DNA of 64,000 nucleotides from Chlorokybus atmophyticus (taxonomy: Eukaryota > Plantae > Mesostigma and Chlorokybus algae), in assembly GCA_009103225.1 (NCBI GenBank), contig RHPI01001737.1:735646-799645 (forward strand), read 5' to 3'. Below are positions 36,260 to 48,460 of this stretch, piece by piece (the stretch's first letter is position 1; every line of letters starts with the position of its first letter). Both the position numbers and the translations under genes were made by a program. The notes below the pieces were generated by a model, which saw only the letters and a program-made list of their open reading frames with translations, searched no databases and had not been told where the DNA came from.

Positions 36260-39200
36260 TCCACTATGATATGTTTCTTCCATCTTCGATAAAGGACGAG
36301 TTTTTGCCAATCCAGCCAGTCAACGCTGGTTGGCAACCAAGGTCGGTTGCTCTCCCATCAAAGAAATTCCCCTGCCTGATCGGTTGAAGACGAACGACAT
36401 CCAGTTTGATAACTACCACCAGGGCTGTCCACGAAGGCTCGAGGGGCTTCCATCGGAGGCCCACCAACCACAGCTGACTACACATCCTTATTTGAGAATG
36501 CACCGGATGTTGTGGATGTTACTCGTAGCACGGACACTGCTCTCTACCATCTACCCTATGCAAGTAGGAGAATTTCAGTGTGTTTCACTCTTACGGCATG
36601 TGCTAAGCAAATGCATGCGCGTGTACAAAGAAAGTCGCTCCCATCATGCAATGGAAACTCGCATACTGTTTTACGTTTGGAAGACTTTAAAGCTTCTAAG
36701 TTTTAGGTTTCGTTTCTTAGAGTAGCGTCATAGTTGCTTGGTTATCAACAGTTTGTGTTTATAAGTTCGGGGGCTCCATGCTCTCTATCATCTGCCATAT
36801 GCAAGCATGAGAATTTCAGTGCGTTTTCACTTCTACGGCAGGTGCTAAGCAAATTTATACGCGTGCACAAAGGAAGTCTCTCTCCCATTATGCAGTGGAG
36901 AGTCAAATACTGTTTTATGTTGGGAAGACTCCAACGCTTCCAAGTTTAGGCTTTCCTTCCTTGGACTTCGTCCGGAGCTTAAGCCATTTGTGTGCCACAA
37001 AGAACAGGTTCGGACATTTAGGCTCGGCCCTCCCCCAAACCCCCTCCGGCCTTGCTTACTCTTTTTATACTTCAAATACCTGTTACCGTTTTACCCCCTT
37101 CAAGGTGTGACACTCCCCGAAATGCTCACGTTTTTTGTACAGCTGGAAGGCATATGGATCGAGCTACCCATCGACGTTATCACCTCTTCCACACCTTCCA
37201 AGTGCTTCAACTGTAGACAGATTGGTCACACCTGTACACGTCGCCAACATGCCCGGAAACAGAGCTTGTAAAGAAACCCTGGCCTCCCCCCCGAGCTCAA
37301 CAAGCAAAGGAACAACAAGTACTTGAAAACCTCCCCTGTTGAAAGTAGCAGACGGAGCCTTTCAAAATCTCCAAACTCTGATTGGAATAGCCTGAGTCTT
37401 CAGGCTAATGCAGCGGGTATAGATGGGTTTAGACGGGTTTATCAAGTGTATGCATCTCAAGAGGCGTGAAAGATGTAATGTGCAAGCTCAAACACATCCA
37501 ATGGCACCCTTGCATGCAACCATGCACAGTATACACAAACCCTAGCCTCAAGAAAGTGTGCAAGACTCCAGACTCTCAACTAAGGTCTCTCCGTTACGAA
37601 CTCAATACATCAGCTATTTATACCTAGTGAGTCCAGGCTTGCTATCTGCTGCACAAGGCGTGCATACAAGTACTATCAGTGTCAAACCAATTGCGGTTAA
37701 TCTATACTATAATTGTAACACTATATAGTATCACATAAACCGAGTTTTTGAGCATGCAGTTTCATGACCGAGGGGGGCTGACTGAATAAGTCCCAAATAG
37801 GTCTGATTCAACTAACTAAGACCAGTAGGTCTAATTTTAACACCCCCACTCCTCCGCCCCCAACCCCTTATCCTCCCCCTCAAGACAATGTCAGGACCTC
37901 TCCGACACTGCACCGCCCTCTAGCCATAACAAGAGTTGAGCACCTTCAGATGCGCTCCCTCCCCAACCCCAACATTCCTTCCCCTGCTCCAGATCCTACC
38001 CCAACTCAACTTGAGGTCCTCAAGTGTCGCAACTCATGAGCCCTGCTTCAACTCCTCTCACCCGCGCGCACGACAACACAGCAACATGTGGTGATGGCGG
38101 TTGGAGCATTATGAATTCACGCAAGAAAATTCACTTTGCTCCTCATGCAGCAAGTTCCCGACTCTCTGCCCTCTCCCCTCCTCACTCTCCAACCCAACCG
38201 CTGGCAGCTACTATCGGCATGTTCTCCCTCGCTTTAAATCTGAGTTGGGCAGATGAAGTGGAAGTTGCAGAGCAGGCTCGATGCAAGGCGAACATGCTGC
38301 AGCCCACCCTATTTAACGAGTTCTTGAAGGCTGCAGGCCTGACACTTGATGGCAAGCATGTAGAGACTGTATACATGGAGTCATGTGTTTCAAGTTTGTT
38401 GCTTATAGCACAAGGTCAGCCCAAAGTCCTGCTTACCGACATTGGTCAGTCATCGGGATTGCATATCATTCGGGCAACCCAGACCGCTCCCATTGACAGC
38501 TGTTTTTTTAAGTCATGGTCATGCATCAGCATGTTCTACAACACTAAAGCATGTAAGTTATCCTACGAACACTTGCAAGGAAGAAGAACTCGATATTATG
38601 GTGTTAGCAATGTGCAGCTTGTCGGGAGGTCAAAAAAAGCGGGCCGCATGCTTTAACTTATTGTTCATCATGCCATCACAAGATGAACCACTTGTGACAC
38701 GGGTGGTCAGTGTTTGTGGACTCCTCTAGCTGAGTGGGAGCAATATCTACTCAGTTCTCCAGGAAAAGGACGAAAGCATTCGCTGGACTTTTACCCCGGG
38801 GGTGAAAAGTCTAGCGAATGCGCTCAAGTCTTGGCAGAGTTCTCAATTTCTTTCATCCCCGTTTACCCCTCATCACCGCTAGAGGACACTGCTCAGACAG
38901 AGCTCTCAAGTCGGCTAGCTATGAAGAGATTATTTGATTCAGGACCAAGTCCACCACGCAATAACAACACCTCCGGAGTGGCCTCCTTGACATCATCTCC
39001 ACCAACAACGAGAGCCCGTTTTCTATCGCCAGCAAAACCTCTGCCATTTACGCAACAACATCCTCCGCTTCTAGTAACCTCCTTGAGTTGTGCAGCGGTG
39101 GCTTGGTGGTTGGAGGTCACAAGAATGTCGCAAAGCCATCACCAAGCACTACGACTTCCAATAGCCCCGCTGCGAGAAGACGATGACCTTAATGCACACG

Positions 39201-42200
39201 CTGCTGCATTGTCATCATCATTGCTCTATCACGCTGCGGACACAGAGATTAAACACTGGCCCTGTGCTTCTTCTTTCCTTGATAATGTACTGCAGCAAGA
39301 AATCTGCCTCACGCAATCAGACTCATGGTTGAACAAATACCACCAGATTTGAACTTCTCTCGCCCCAACCAAACAAGTAGAGAGGATGCATTGTGGTTGC
39401 ATCTTCCCATCCTGATCTCGGTGGAAGGAGTGTTGGCATGGCTTCTTGATCCCTGCTCTGCACTTCACATTTTAAACCTTACGTGTGCAAGCACAGTAGT
39501 TTGGGCCCCCTCCCCGCCTCGCAGATGCTTCCTTGGTAGAGGCGCTGCAGCTGGTCCAGGCAAAAGGATACGCATGGCTATCCCTCTGCATGAAGTTCTT
39601 GGCATCAACACTTGATCAGCAAGCCCCTCAAATGGTCTTCCCCTTTCATTTTACTCCTGGAACGTTAAGGGTTAATCCCGCTCGTGCTCCTCAAGATGTC
39701 AGTACGCGATCACTGCTTTTATCTAAGCTCCGCACATGAGAAAACCCGCGTAGTACCTGTTTGCTTTAAAACGACACAAAACTTGGCTCTACATCAAAAG
39801 CAATTTGGCTTCGTAAGTTTTTAAAAAGAAGCCTTAATTTGGTCTCACGCATTGGGCAGAAAAGGTGAAGTCGCCATCCTTTTTTCCGCACGTATGCTCT
39901 TCATCTTTACATAATAGTAGAGTGGCTGTGCCAATTAGATGCTATTGAATCAACTTGGGGGGGNNNNNNNNNNNNNNNNNNNNNNNNNNNNNNNNNNNNN
40001 NNNNNNNNNNNNNNNNNNNNNNNNNNNNNNNNNNNNNNNNNNNNNNNNNNNNNNNNNNNNNNNNNNNNNNNNNNNNNNNNNNNNNNNNNNNNNNNNNNNN
40101 NNNNNNNNGGGATCTCCTCGTATTTCTTATATATGCTCCAAATGTACCTTCTGAATGAGTAAACGGTTCAACACACATTGCTCCTCCTTGCCGCATGTGG
40201 ATTGGTATCTCATTGGAGGTGACGGGAACATGGTGTGTGATTCTTCTTTAAACCGCTCACACTCTGGCGACCATTCTTGTTACTTTGCTGCAACGATGAG
40301 CTGCTCTCAACACGAGAAGTTGAGGACACTCTGCGCACCTTGACTCCCTCACATCGGGTGTACTCTTGGATCACCGTGTGGGGGAATGGAGAGCATCTAG
40401 GATACACATGATGTATTTGTATCTGCCTGCTTCATTGCAAACAGATGTTTTTTCTTTTAAAGTTCTTACAAAGGAAGTTTTCTGTAACTATAAGCCAAAA
40501 ATTTTAGCACTGGAACAAACTGGGTTTGTCAGATATAAATGCATTTTTGACAATGTCCTTACAGCACTTGATGCGATGCAATTGCCTTTGATTCCCAGTG
40601 GAGAGGTGCCCTTCTCCTTTTTAACTTTGAGAAGGCATTTAACAAGCTTGACTTGGATTGTGTAAGTTATATCCTGAGCGCCCAAGGGTTCTGAGACATG
40701 TTTGAAAGGTGGATACGCACTCTCAATAATGGAGGTTCAAGCTCAATCCTTAATAGTTGGTTCCTCTCTTCCGAGTTCGCTTGACAATCTCTCTCATCTC
40801 TTTGTGCTGCTTATACTTGACTCTCCTCAAGCTTAAGCACTTCATGTAGAGGCCTGGTGCTGCTTATGAGTGACTCAGTCCTTGCAGAGCGAAACTTGGA
40901 GCTTTGGTACTGCTCCTTTGCAGACGACATGGCAGTGCTGATACACGTTTGTAACGAAGCACAGGAAGAGTTCTCAGACATTATGGATGCTGCTTGGCCT
41001 TGCACTCGGTCCACAGTATTTTTGAGTTAGTAGGCACTCTACTTGGTCCCGCTGCACAAGAATCTCCCCTACACTGAGGCACTTGTTAACTTTCCAAAAG
41101 TGATTCTGCTATTTTGCTTGGTTGTTCCTGCAGTTAAAGCAGTGCCACACCTACAGCTGTAGGTGTGGCACTGCAATAACAGCAGATATTTCAAGCAGTG
41201 CTGGAGAAGTTTCAGAACAAGCTCAGCATGTGGTTGAAGCATTATTTGACATTGTTAGGACGTTCTCTAATTGTCAACCAATCAGTGACAAATATGAAGC
41301 GTCTCCCGAAAAGCCTGCACACAGCTTCTTTCACCTTCCTCTTCAGCAGTTTTCCCCACATGCAAAGGCAGGGTGCGGTGGGAAGCTGTCTGCTTGCCTA
41401 AGGAACATGGCGGTCTTGGTATTCTCAACCCTGCTTTACAAACACAGGCTTTGATGGCGATGGGCAGCCCGTCTTTTTGACCGCACATGGGCTCCGTGGA
41501 AGGAGCTTAGCTTCCACCATCTCAAAGCTTGGGGTTGGGACTGGAAGTTTCCACAAACACAGCGGTTGCCCGCCTCTGCTATGTTGCACTCTATAGCTCT
41601 TCGAGTTCACTCAGGTCTCCCTCCACACTGCCAATTTATCTTGAAGTCGTGGTAACGCATATGTCCCTGTAAGCGTCTCCTCCCACTCAACTATGACGAG
41701 GGCCCTAGGCAACTGCTCCTTAACAACACCCACATCCGGGACGCAGGAGGGAAGGTGGGCTCTTCTAGACATCGCTTCAATCTTGGGCTAAAGTAGGCTT
41801 CTAAAGAGTGGCTGATCGTTGAGATGACGTCTTACGTAGACCTTACCCAGCAGCTCAGCCACCCCCCCCCTCCATTAGGCCCCTCAAAACACGGAGCACT
41901 ACCTAGCAACACTCTGGGTTTCTATGCCTTCTTCTTGGTTGTCTGTACTGACGGCTAGCCCCGGACTTCAGAAGGCCAACGGTTGGTGGGGCTGCTTGGA
42001 CTCAAACTTGACACTACACAAAATCCTGCTCATCGAGGCAGCCACGCCCTCGCAATACTCAGCCACTCTTCTCGCTCGCAGGCTCGGAGGCATGCCAGTT
42101 GGTAAAGGGCACCCTATCCTCCCTCTCCCTTGCTTCTCACGTGATGAGTAGGGTCACAGTACTCCCCCCCCCACTGCGTTGGAGGACTAGCCCCCAGTAT

Positions 42201-43200
42201 GGACTTCCCCAACTGGCGAGCTCCACCTCCGGAACTCCGTTTTCATGTCTGGCAGGTAGCAGGCAGATGTCCTCTCACTAATCTGCACTGTGATCCTGCA
42301 GAGGTGGTCTGGCAGCCTACCAACCTCACCCGCTACCCTCTTACAACATGCGACTACTTTTCAAACTAGGCTATCGTCTCCTCACCACCCACTTACAGAC
42401 TCTTGTCCCCGCTTAGCGCAAGTGGGGCCTACTGAACACATTCCTGCCTTGGCAGCAGACATTGCAATTCTCTTACATAAGGTTGCTATCCCTAGTAAAC
42501 AGCGATCGCTGCTATGGCTGATTACCCAGGACGCCTTGTTCACAGGCGACAAGCTGCAGCACTACAGAGCGGATCCCAAATGCTTGTCTTGTCTTTCCCG
42601 GGGCATCGAGCCTGTGATTCACCTGTTCGTCCACTGCCCACTGGCGCAGCACCTGTGGGGTTGGCTGTCTGACCTAGTTATTTCAATGGGAGCTACCACC
42701 GACACTGCACCGTTTTCGCTACTTTTCGGCATTGGCACTACCCCTTTTCCGGCAGTGTTCACTGCACTCTGGCATTCCTTACGGCCTCTCACGCTTTGGG
42801 TGCTCTGGTGTTGTCGTTGTTCTTGCAGATACAATGCTCTACAACCCTTCACTTTTCTGCAAGCACGATGGCAAGCTGCTTTGCTGTCACGACTGAAGCA
42901 TGAATGGCTGGTGGTCTTCACTACCCCTGAGAAGGACGACAAGCGGGCTGCGGCTCTTCAGCTCTTCAAGGACTCCTGGAGCGCACGTTTCAAGCTATGC
43001 ACAGTCATTCTTGCTTTGCCCCGACCTTTGCTGGTTACCCATACCCTCGTATGACTTGCTCTTGTTGTACTGGCATTATGTTCGGATGCTTTGCTTTAGG
43101 TTACCTTACCATAGGTTGCAGTACTTGACATTTGTTCGTAGTCACGAACCATGCTCTGCTGTTTCCTTATGATATATTTTGTTGCGGCTGGAAAAAGTAA
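36260..43200 (+). mobile_element. Decayed L1/Tx1-like non-LTR retrotransposon (ORF1 remnant, APE, RT, zf-RVT)
   Basis: CFNCRQIGH partial knuckle (~37200); APE SWNVKG (~39655) and YLIGGDGN (~40210); RT EQTGFV...DNVL, NFEKAFNKLD; LTLLGRSLIVN; LPKEHGGLGILNP; KCLSC...EPVIHLFVHC. The 5' boundary is uncertain and the YADD core was not found. Confidence 0.8.
36543..36955 (+). repeat. Diverged tandem duplication (~240-bp period)
   Basis: ...ATGCAAG..GAGAATTTCAGTG...GTGCTAAGCAAAT...TACTGTTTTA..TTGG.AAGACT at ~36543-36710 and ~36781-36955. Confidence 0.75.
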
Positions 43201-44474
43201 AACAGTCAGCTCAGAACATGCATGCGCTTGTTGCTCAAGCAATAAGCGCTCATCAGGTGCAGTACAAGCTACTGAGAGCTTGTGGGCGGGGGAGATTTGA
43301 TTTGTCAATGTGAGCGCACCTCATGCAGCTCTAGGCGCAGCAGAAGCTCCCCGCGGAGGCGATGTCTGTCATATGCGGCACCCACTCCTCCATCATGTTT
43401 CTCGTTGACGATTACTGTTAATGGCACCATGTAGTGACCCAGCGTCAGACCAGCACGACTCAGTAAAGTTTTACCATGTATCATACGCAAAGCTTGTGGT
43501 CTTAGGCTTGGAGGCACGCAAACATGTCTGTGTGTGATGCTCATGTTATTGACTACTAGCGATGCTACACCTTGCAAAAGACAAGCAGCACCAAGTCGTG
43601 TTGGCGTCAATGCCACCTTGACAGATGAGCTAACCAAAGGTCCGCAAAGGTCTCTTGTAGCAGTAATGTGCGCTGTTTACGTTGCAAGACTCTCTTGCAA
43701 TATGTTAGCAGTGATGGCCGATTGGCTCACCGACATTCTGAAAAGGCGGTGTACATATGGTCACACGTTGGTCACAACCGAACTCTTGGAGGTTATGCGG
43801 CCAAAGTTACAAGCTGGCAGAATGCGTCAATCTTTCCCTGCAGCACAATGCATACACTCATGGGCCTCTCAACATCTAAGCAACAATGTGGAAAATGTGT
43901 CGCTTGCTGACAGCAGTTTGCAGCGGTGCGCAAGACACTCACAGAGAAGAGTGACAGGTGACCCTTGTGCAGACGTCAAGCCTTGATAAGATTTGCCATC
44001 AACAAGAAAGAAACATTTTAACCCAATCGCCTCTGGCTTCTTCTCAGCACTTCTGCTTTGAGATGGGATGCGTGCTGCTACTTGGTGTCAGTAGGCTGTT
44101 ACCTGATGTCGATGATCTAGAAACGAACTTTGGACAACCATGGCATCGTATGTCATTGAGTCGAGGTACGTACTCGGACACGTGTGTGGTCAATGACAGG
44201 TGTTTGTCAACGCCAGCGTAATCTGCAAGGCCCTGCCAATCACATGGAGAAGGCTGGACACGCGCACGCGCGCATACAAGCAATCAAGCAGAGACACAAC
44301 CATTGGGTTGACACAACTCTGTGCAACGACTCCCTCGTGCACGCAAACAGTTTGCGGTAGTCAAGTTGTACAAGCCAGCAAACATCATGGTCATTGTCGC
44401 CGTCATCATCATCATCATCATCCAGCAGCAGCAGCAACCACCACAACATCATCACCATCAACATTAACAAAGTT

Positions 44475-46320
44475 CACCTGAGTCCAGAAGTCGAGGGTCT
44501 TAGCGCGGGTGTTCTTCACGGCGCCGTCCTCCAACAGCTGGCGCAACGTCTCCAGGATGACATCGTGGTTGGCTTGGCCGCCAGCGCCAGGGAGGTACAT
44601 TGTCTCAAAGGTCCCCGTCTGCAGGGGACACAATTATTTAGCGTCATTTACTTCCACTCACGATGTGTACTACACACAGTATGCACAAGCAAGCAGGCAG
44701 TTTGGCAAACGTCCCATCGTGATCGTGTTGCTGAGATCCAGTGGCTTGGGTGCGGCGCAGAAGGCTGTACCAGAGGCCTCATGAGTACACATATGCGCAA
44801 CACACTTGCAGCATGTGGCATGTCTGCAGAATTGACGCAAGTATGGATACACATACGTGCATGCACATACCCGTGCGTGTGTGCGTATGTGCATATGTAT
44901 ATGTGTGCGCACGCATACCCACAGAGGCACACACCTGACTAGTCCTCCAAGGGCAGCGAGAGTGGGTGAGCACATTCTCAAGGTAGTGCGGGTGGGCGCC
45001 AGTGAGAACATAGTCACCGCCACAGATGCAGCACAGCGCTGTGACGAGTATGACCTCCCCTGCCTGTTGCCCACATTGTGGCGGCGCTGGCGGTGTTGGC
45101 TCCAGCCATCCAGGTTGAACAAAAGATGCGTTGACACATAAGTGTTCGTGCGCGCTTATGCGCGCTCTTGCACGCGTGTGTGCACGCATGTGACTGCGTG
45201 TGTCTGCGTGCCTGTGTGGGTCGAGGTGGGTGGTGGNNNNNNNNNNNNNNNNNNNNNNNNNNNNNNNNNNNNNNNNNNNNNNNNNNNNNNNNNNNNNNNN
45301 NNNNNNNNNNNNNNNNNNNNNNNNNNNNNNNNNNNNNNNNNNNNNNNNNNNNNNNNNNNNNNNNNNNNNNNNNNNNNNNNNNNNNNNNNNNNNNNNNNNN
45401 NNNNNNNNNNNNNNNNNNNNNNNNNNNNNNNNNNNNNNNNNNNNNNNNNNNNNNNNNNNNNNNNNNNNNNNNNNNNNNNNNNNNNNNNNNNNNNNNNNNN
45501 NNNNNNNNNNNNNNNNNNNNNNNNNNNNNNNNNNNNNNNNNNNNNNNNNNNNNNNNNNNNNNNNNNNNNNNNNNNNNNNNNNNNNNNNNNNNNNNNNNNN
45601 NNNNNNNNNNNNNNNNNNNNNNNNNNNNNNNNNNNNNNNNNNNNNNNNNNNNNNNNNNNNNNNNNNNNNNNNNNNGGTGGGGGGGGGGGGGTAACGCGCG
45701 CGCGTGTGCATGTGTGTATATGTTGTATTATATTGCCAGTCTCATGGACGCTGTTCCGTTGGGTAGATGTTGATTCACAAGGCTGTGGTGACGGCATGGC
45801 ACCCGGAGACCGAGCTGCGCGTGCGCGCTCGGCGCGGATGCCTTCATCACTGGTAAGGACCTCCTGGAGGCCCAGCTGGAGAAGGCCTGCATCTGCGGCG
45901 GCGCTGCGATTGTTCGGGACTGTTGACAAGAGCAACAAGACTATCGTTATGCGCTTAATGACGCACGCAGGCACATGCACGTGCATGCACACACGTACAC
46001 ATGGGCGCATGCGTGCACGCGCGAACACACACATCTCCCGGCATGTGTGAGATATAGTAGTCAACCATTTCAGTAGCAAGCAACTTGCAATGACATGACC
46101 TGATGTGTGAGACCTGATGAGTTGTACCAGTGACACCAAAACCACCACGGACTGGTGTGCGCATATGCACGTCCAGTGGTACAGACAATTGCAAACTGCT
46201 GCAGACTGTGGGTTCTCACCTACCGGCATGCAGCTGTTGGAAGAGGCTCGCCTGCAGCTACGCTTGCCCCTTTCTGACAGTGTCGTGGTTGTCATCCACA
46301 ACACAAAGAGGGCACGAGAT
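44475..46320 (-). pseudogene. MDR-superfamily (zinc-type ADH-like / quinone oxidoreductase) pseudogene, copy A, with internal inversion
   Basis: Exons PKPLDLSNT and TGTFETMYLPG...NHDVILETLRQLLEDGAVKNT on minus; the GGAGGVGS Rossmann exon lies on plus because of the inversion. Confidence 0.72.
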
Positions 46321-46648
46321 AGAGCAAGAGACAGCAACATGTGCGGCTTGAATCCAAGCATGCATGCCAAGCAATGCTAGTCGATCATCTCTCGGCTGTC
46401 AGGTCGACAAGGTAGCCAAGACGCACGCTGCCTTGCACCGGATGAAGCAGCTGCATAAGCGGTGAGGGCAGTGCTAAGTTTAGTGATTTCGCAAGCATAG
46501 ACGCTGAAGCATGCTGGAAGACTTGCTAACGCTCTGCCATTGAACAGAGTCAAGCTTGGTGAGCTACAAACGCAAAGAGCACCTGGTGCAGAAAACAGTT
46601 GATCACACACGCTGTCTGTTGCACACGCACACGCATACGCACATGCAA

Positions 46649-46866
46649 GAGGGAGGGAGAGGAAGAGAGGGAGGGAGAGAGGGAGGGAGAGAGGGAGAGA
46701 GGGAGGGAGCGCGAGAGAGAACGCGAGAGAGCGCGAGGGAGTGCGAGAGAGCGAGCGAGAGCGCGAGCGCGAGCGAGAGAGCGAGAGAGCGCGAGCGCGA
46801 GAGCGAGAGAGCGAGAGAGAGCGAGAGAACGAGAGAGCGAGAGAGAGGGAGAGAGGGAGAGAGGGA
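46649..46866. repeat. Compound (GA/GC/GGA) purine microsatellite
   Basis: Same position in unit A as the long (AG)n in unit B. Confidence 0.9.
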
Positions 46867-47859
46867 GTGATGTGCTGACAGTGCTGCCGCAAGGCGATGA
46901 CCACCTCAGTGGAGCCCGTCGCGGCCATGGCCGCGCGATCATTGCGTCCGACTCACTGTGTTCCAGCCGTAGACATGCCTAATCTCGTCTCTGTACAACC
47001 AGATATGCAAGTCTTTGCACACACAGGACACGCCTTCACCACCGTGTTGAAGCGTGGCTTTGGGGAGGGCTATCAAAGCCCGGCAGGCCCGGCAGGCACA
47101 AGTTGTGCTGGCGGGTCTGCCAGCATTTGTCATTGCTCACGGTGGTGAGGAGGAGCTCAAGGTGAGCAGCCCCTTGAGGGAAGCCAGCGCATGCGGCAGG
47201 TGCTGTGGCCTGGTGGGAGGCGGCCGGGTGCAAAGGAGCTACTGCCACGCGGAGGAATCCGGATCCGGAGAAAGGTTTTGGTGGACATCGCCGTCGTCTT
47301 AGATGGAGAGTCTCCGCCTCTGTGGCCATTAGGAACTTCTCGCGCCGTTGAACGGCGAGGCCACAGAGCAGCAGCAGAGGGACGGCAGGCTTGCCCCCCT
47401 CCGGCAGCTCAGCAAAGCCGGTCTCGATCGCTGCATCATGCCACAGAGGAAGAGGGAGACATGCACACGTTACATGTGACTCAACCAGATTGCACGTGAA
47501 TACAGGTCACCGGGCCGTGTGCATGCGGAACAACAAGGTTCAAGCGCCACTACAGAAAGCACTGTCACTACGCTTTGGTAACAAGCAACTTGTCTCAGCC
47601 ACACGCTACACTATGACTCATCCGTGCTCCCCCTCCTCTTCCCCCCCTTCTCCCCATTCCTCTCTCTCACACATGCTTGCGCGCATACACCCACACTTCT
47701 ATGTCTGTCTTTCCTCCTCAGTTGGCGCGCGCTTTCGCGCAAGAGCTAGTGCCACTTGCTCTTCAAAGTATTCTGCAGTCAAGCGAACACGCAATCAGCT
47801 TAGTACACTGTATACCATAGTAGCAGCGCTGTGTTGTTATATACAAGTCACACGTACCC

Positions 47860-48095
47860 ATTAAGCCCAACGGGTTGAACATGCCACGGACTTTGAGGTG
47901 GTCTGCCACCAATCGCTGCTTCTCCTTCTTGGCTTGCTGCTTGACTGCCTGCAGCGCCAACTCCCGTTGAGCCAGCTCATCGTCAATGTCATGCTTGACT
48001 GAGACCAACTCCTGGCACATGTCTGCGAAGGCCGTCTCATCCTTTGCCCCAGCAAAGCATGTGTCGACAACGGCTCCCCAGCGTTCTCCAAGCAT
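47860..48095 (-). pseudogene. Unknown coiled-coil exon (unit A)
   Basis: MLGERWGAVVD...ELAQRELALQAVKQQAKKEKQRLVADHLKVRGMF; frame conserved with 55785-56020; ends at a GT donor. Confidence 0.5.
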
Positions 48096-48381
48096 CGACT
48101 TGAATTGCGCTGACCTGTGCCGGCATGCACCAGCGTGAGAACAGTTGGGAAGGCAAATACAGCAGCAAGATCCCTTGGATCAACAGTCATTGCCCCTAGT
48201 CATTGGTGCAGATCAGCGTCACTGGAGTGCAGGACTTCATGTGGTGATGAGTCAAGCTTTGCGGGGCAGTGAGCTATAACACACTTCTGTGCAGGTCACA
48301 TGGGGCGGCTGCGAGCCATACACATAGAGGGGTGCTGCAGAGGCTCCTCAACCAACCAGAACAAAGTCATCACGAACATAA

Positions 48382-48460
48382 GAAACTGACATAGTGATAG
48401 GCAGCGGTTTAGGAGGTCTGTTCACGAATGCGCAGCTTGCACGCTATGTACATAAGGTAG
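48382..48460 (+). pseudogene. FAD-binding (GxGxxG) fragment, CRTISO/phytoene-dehydrogenase-like (unit A)
   Basis: ETDIVIGSGLGGLFTNAQLARY; no downstream continuation seen. Confidence 0.6.
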
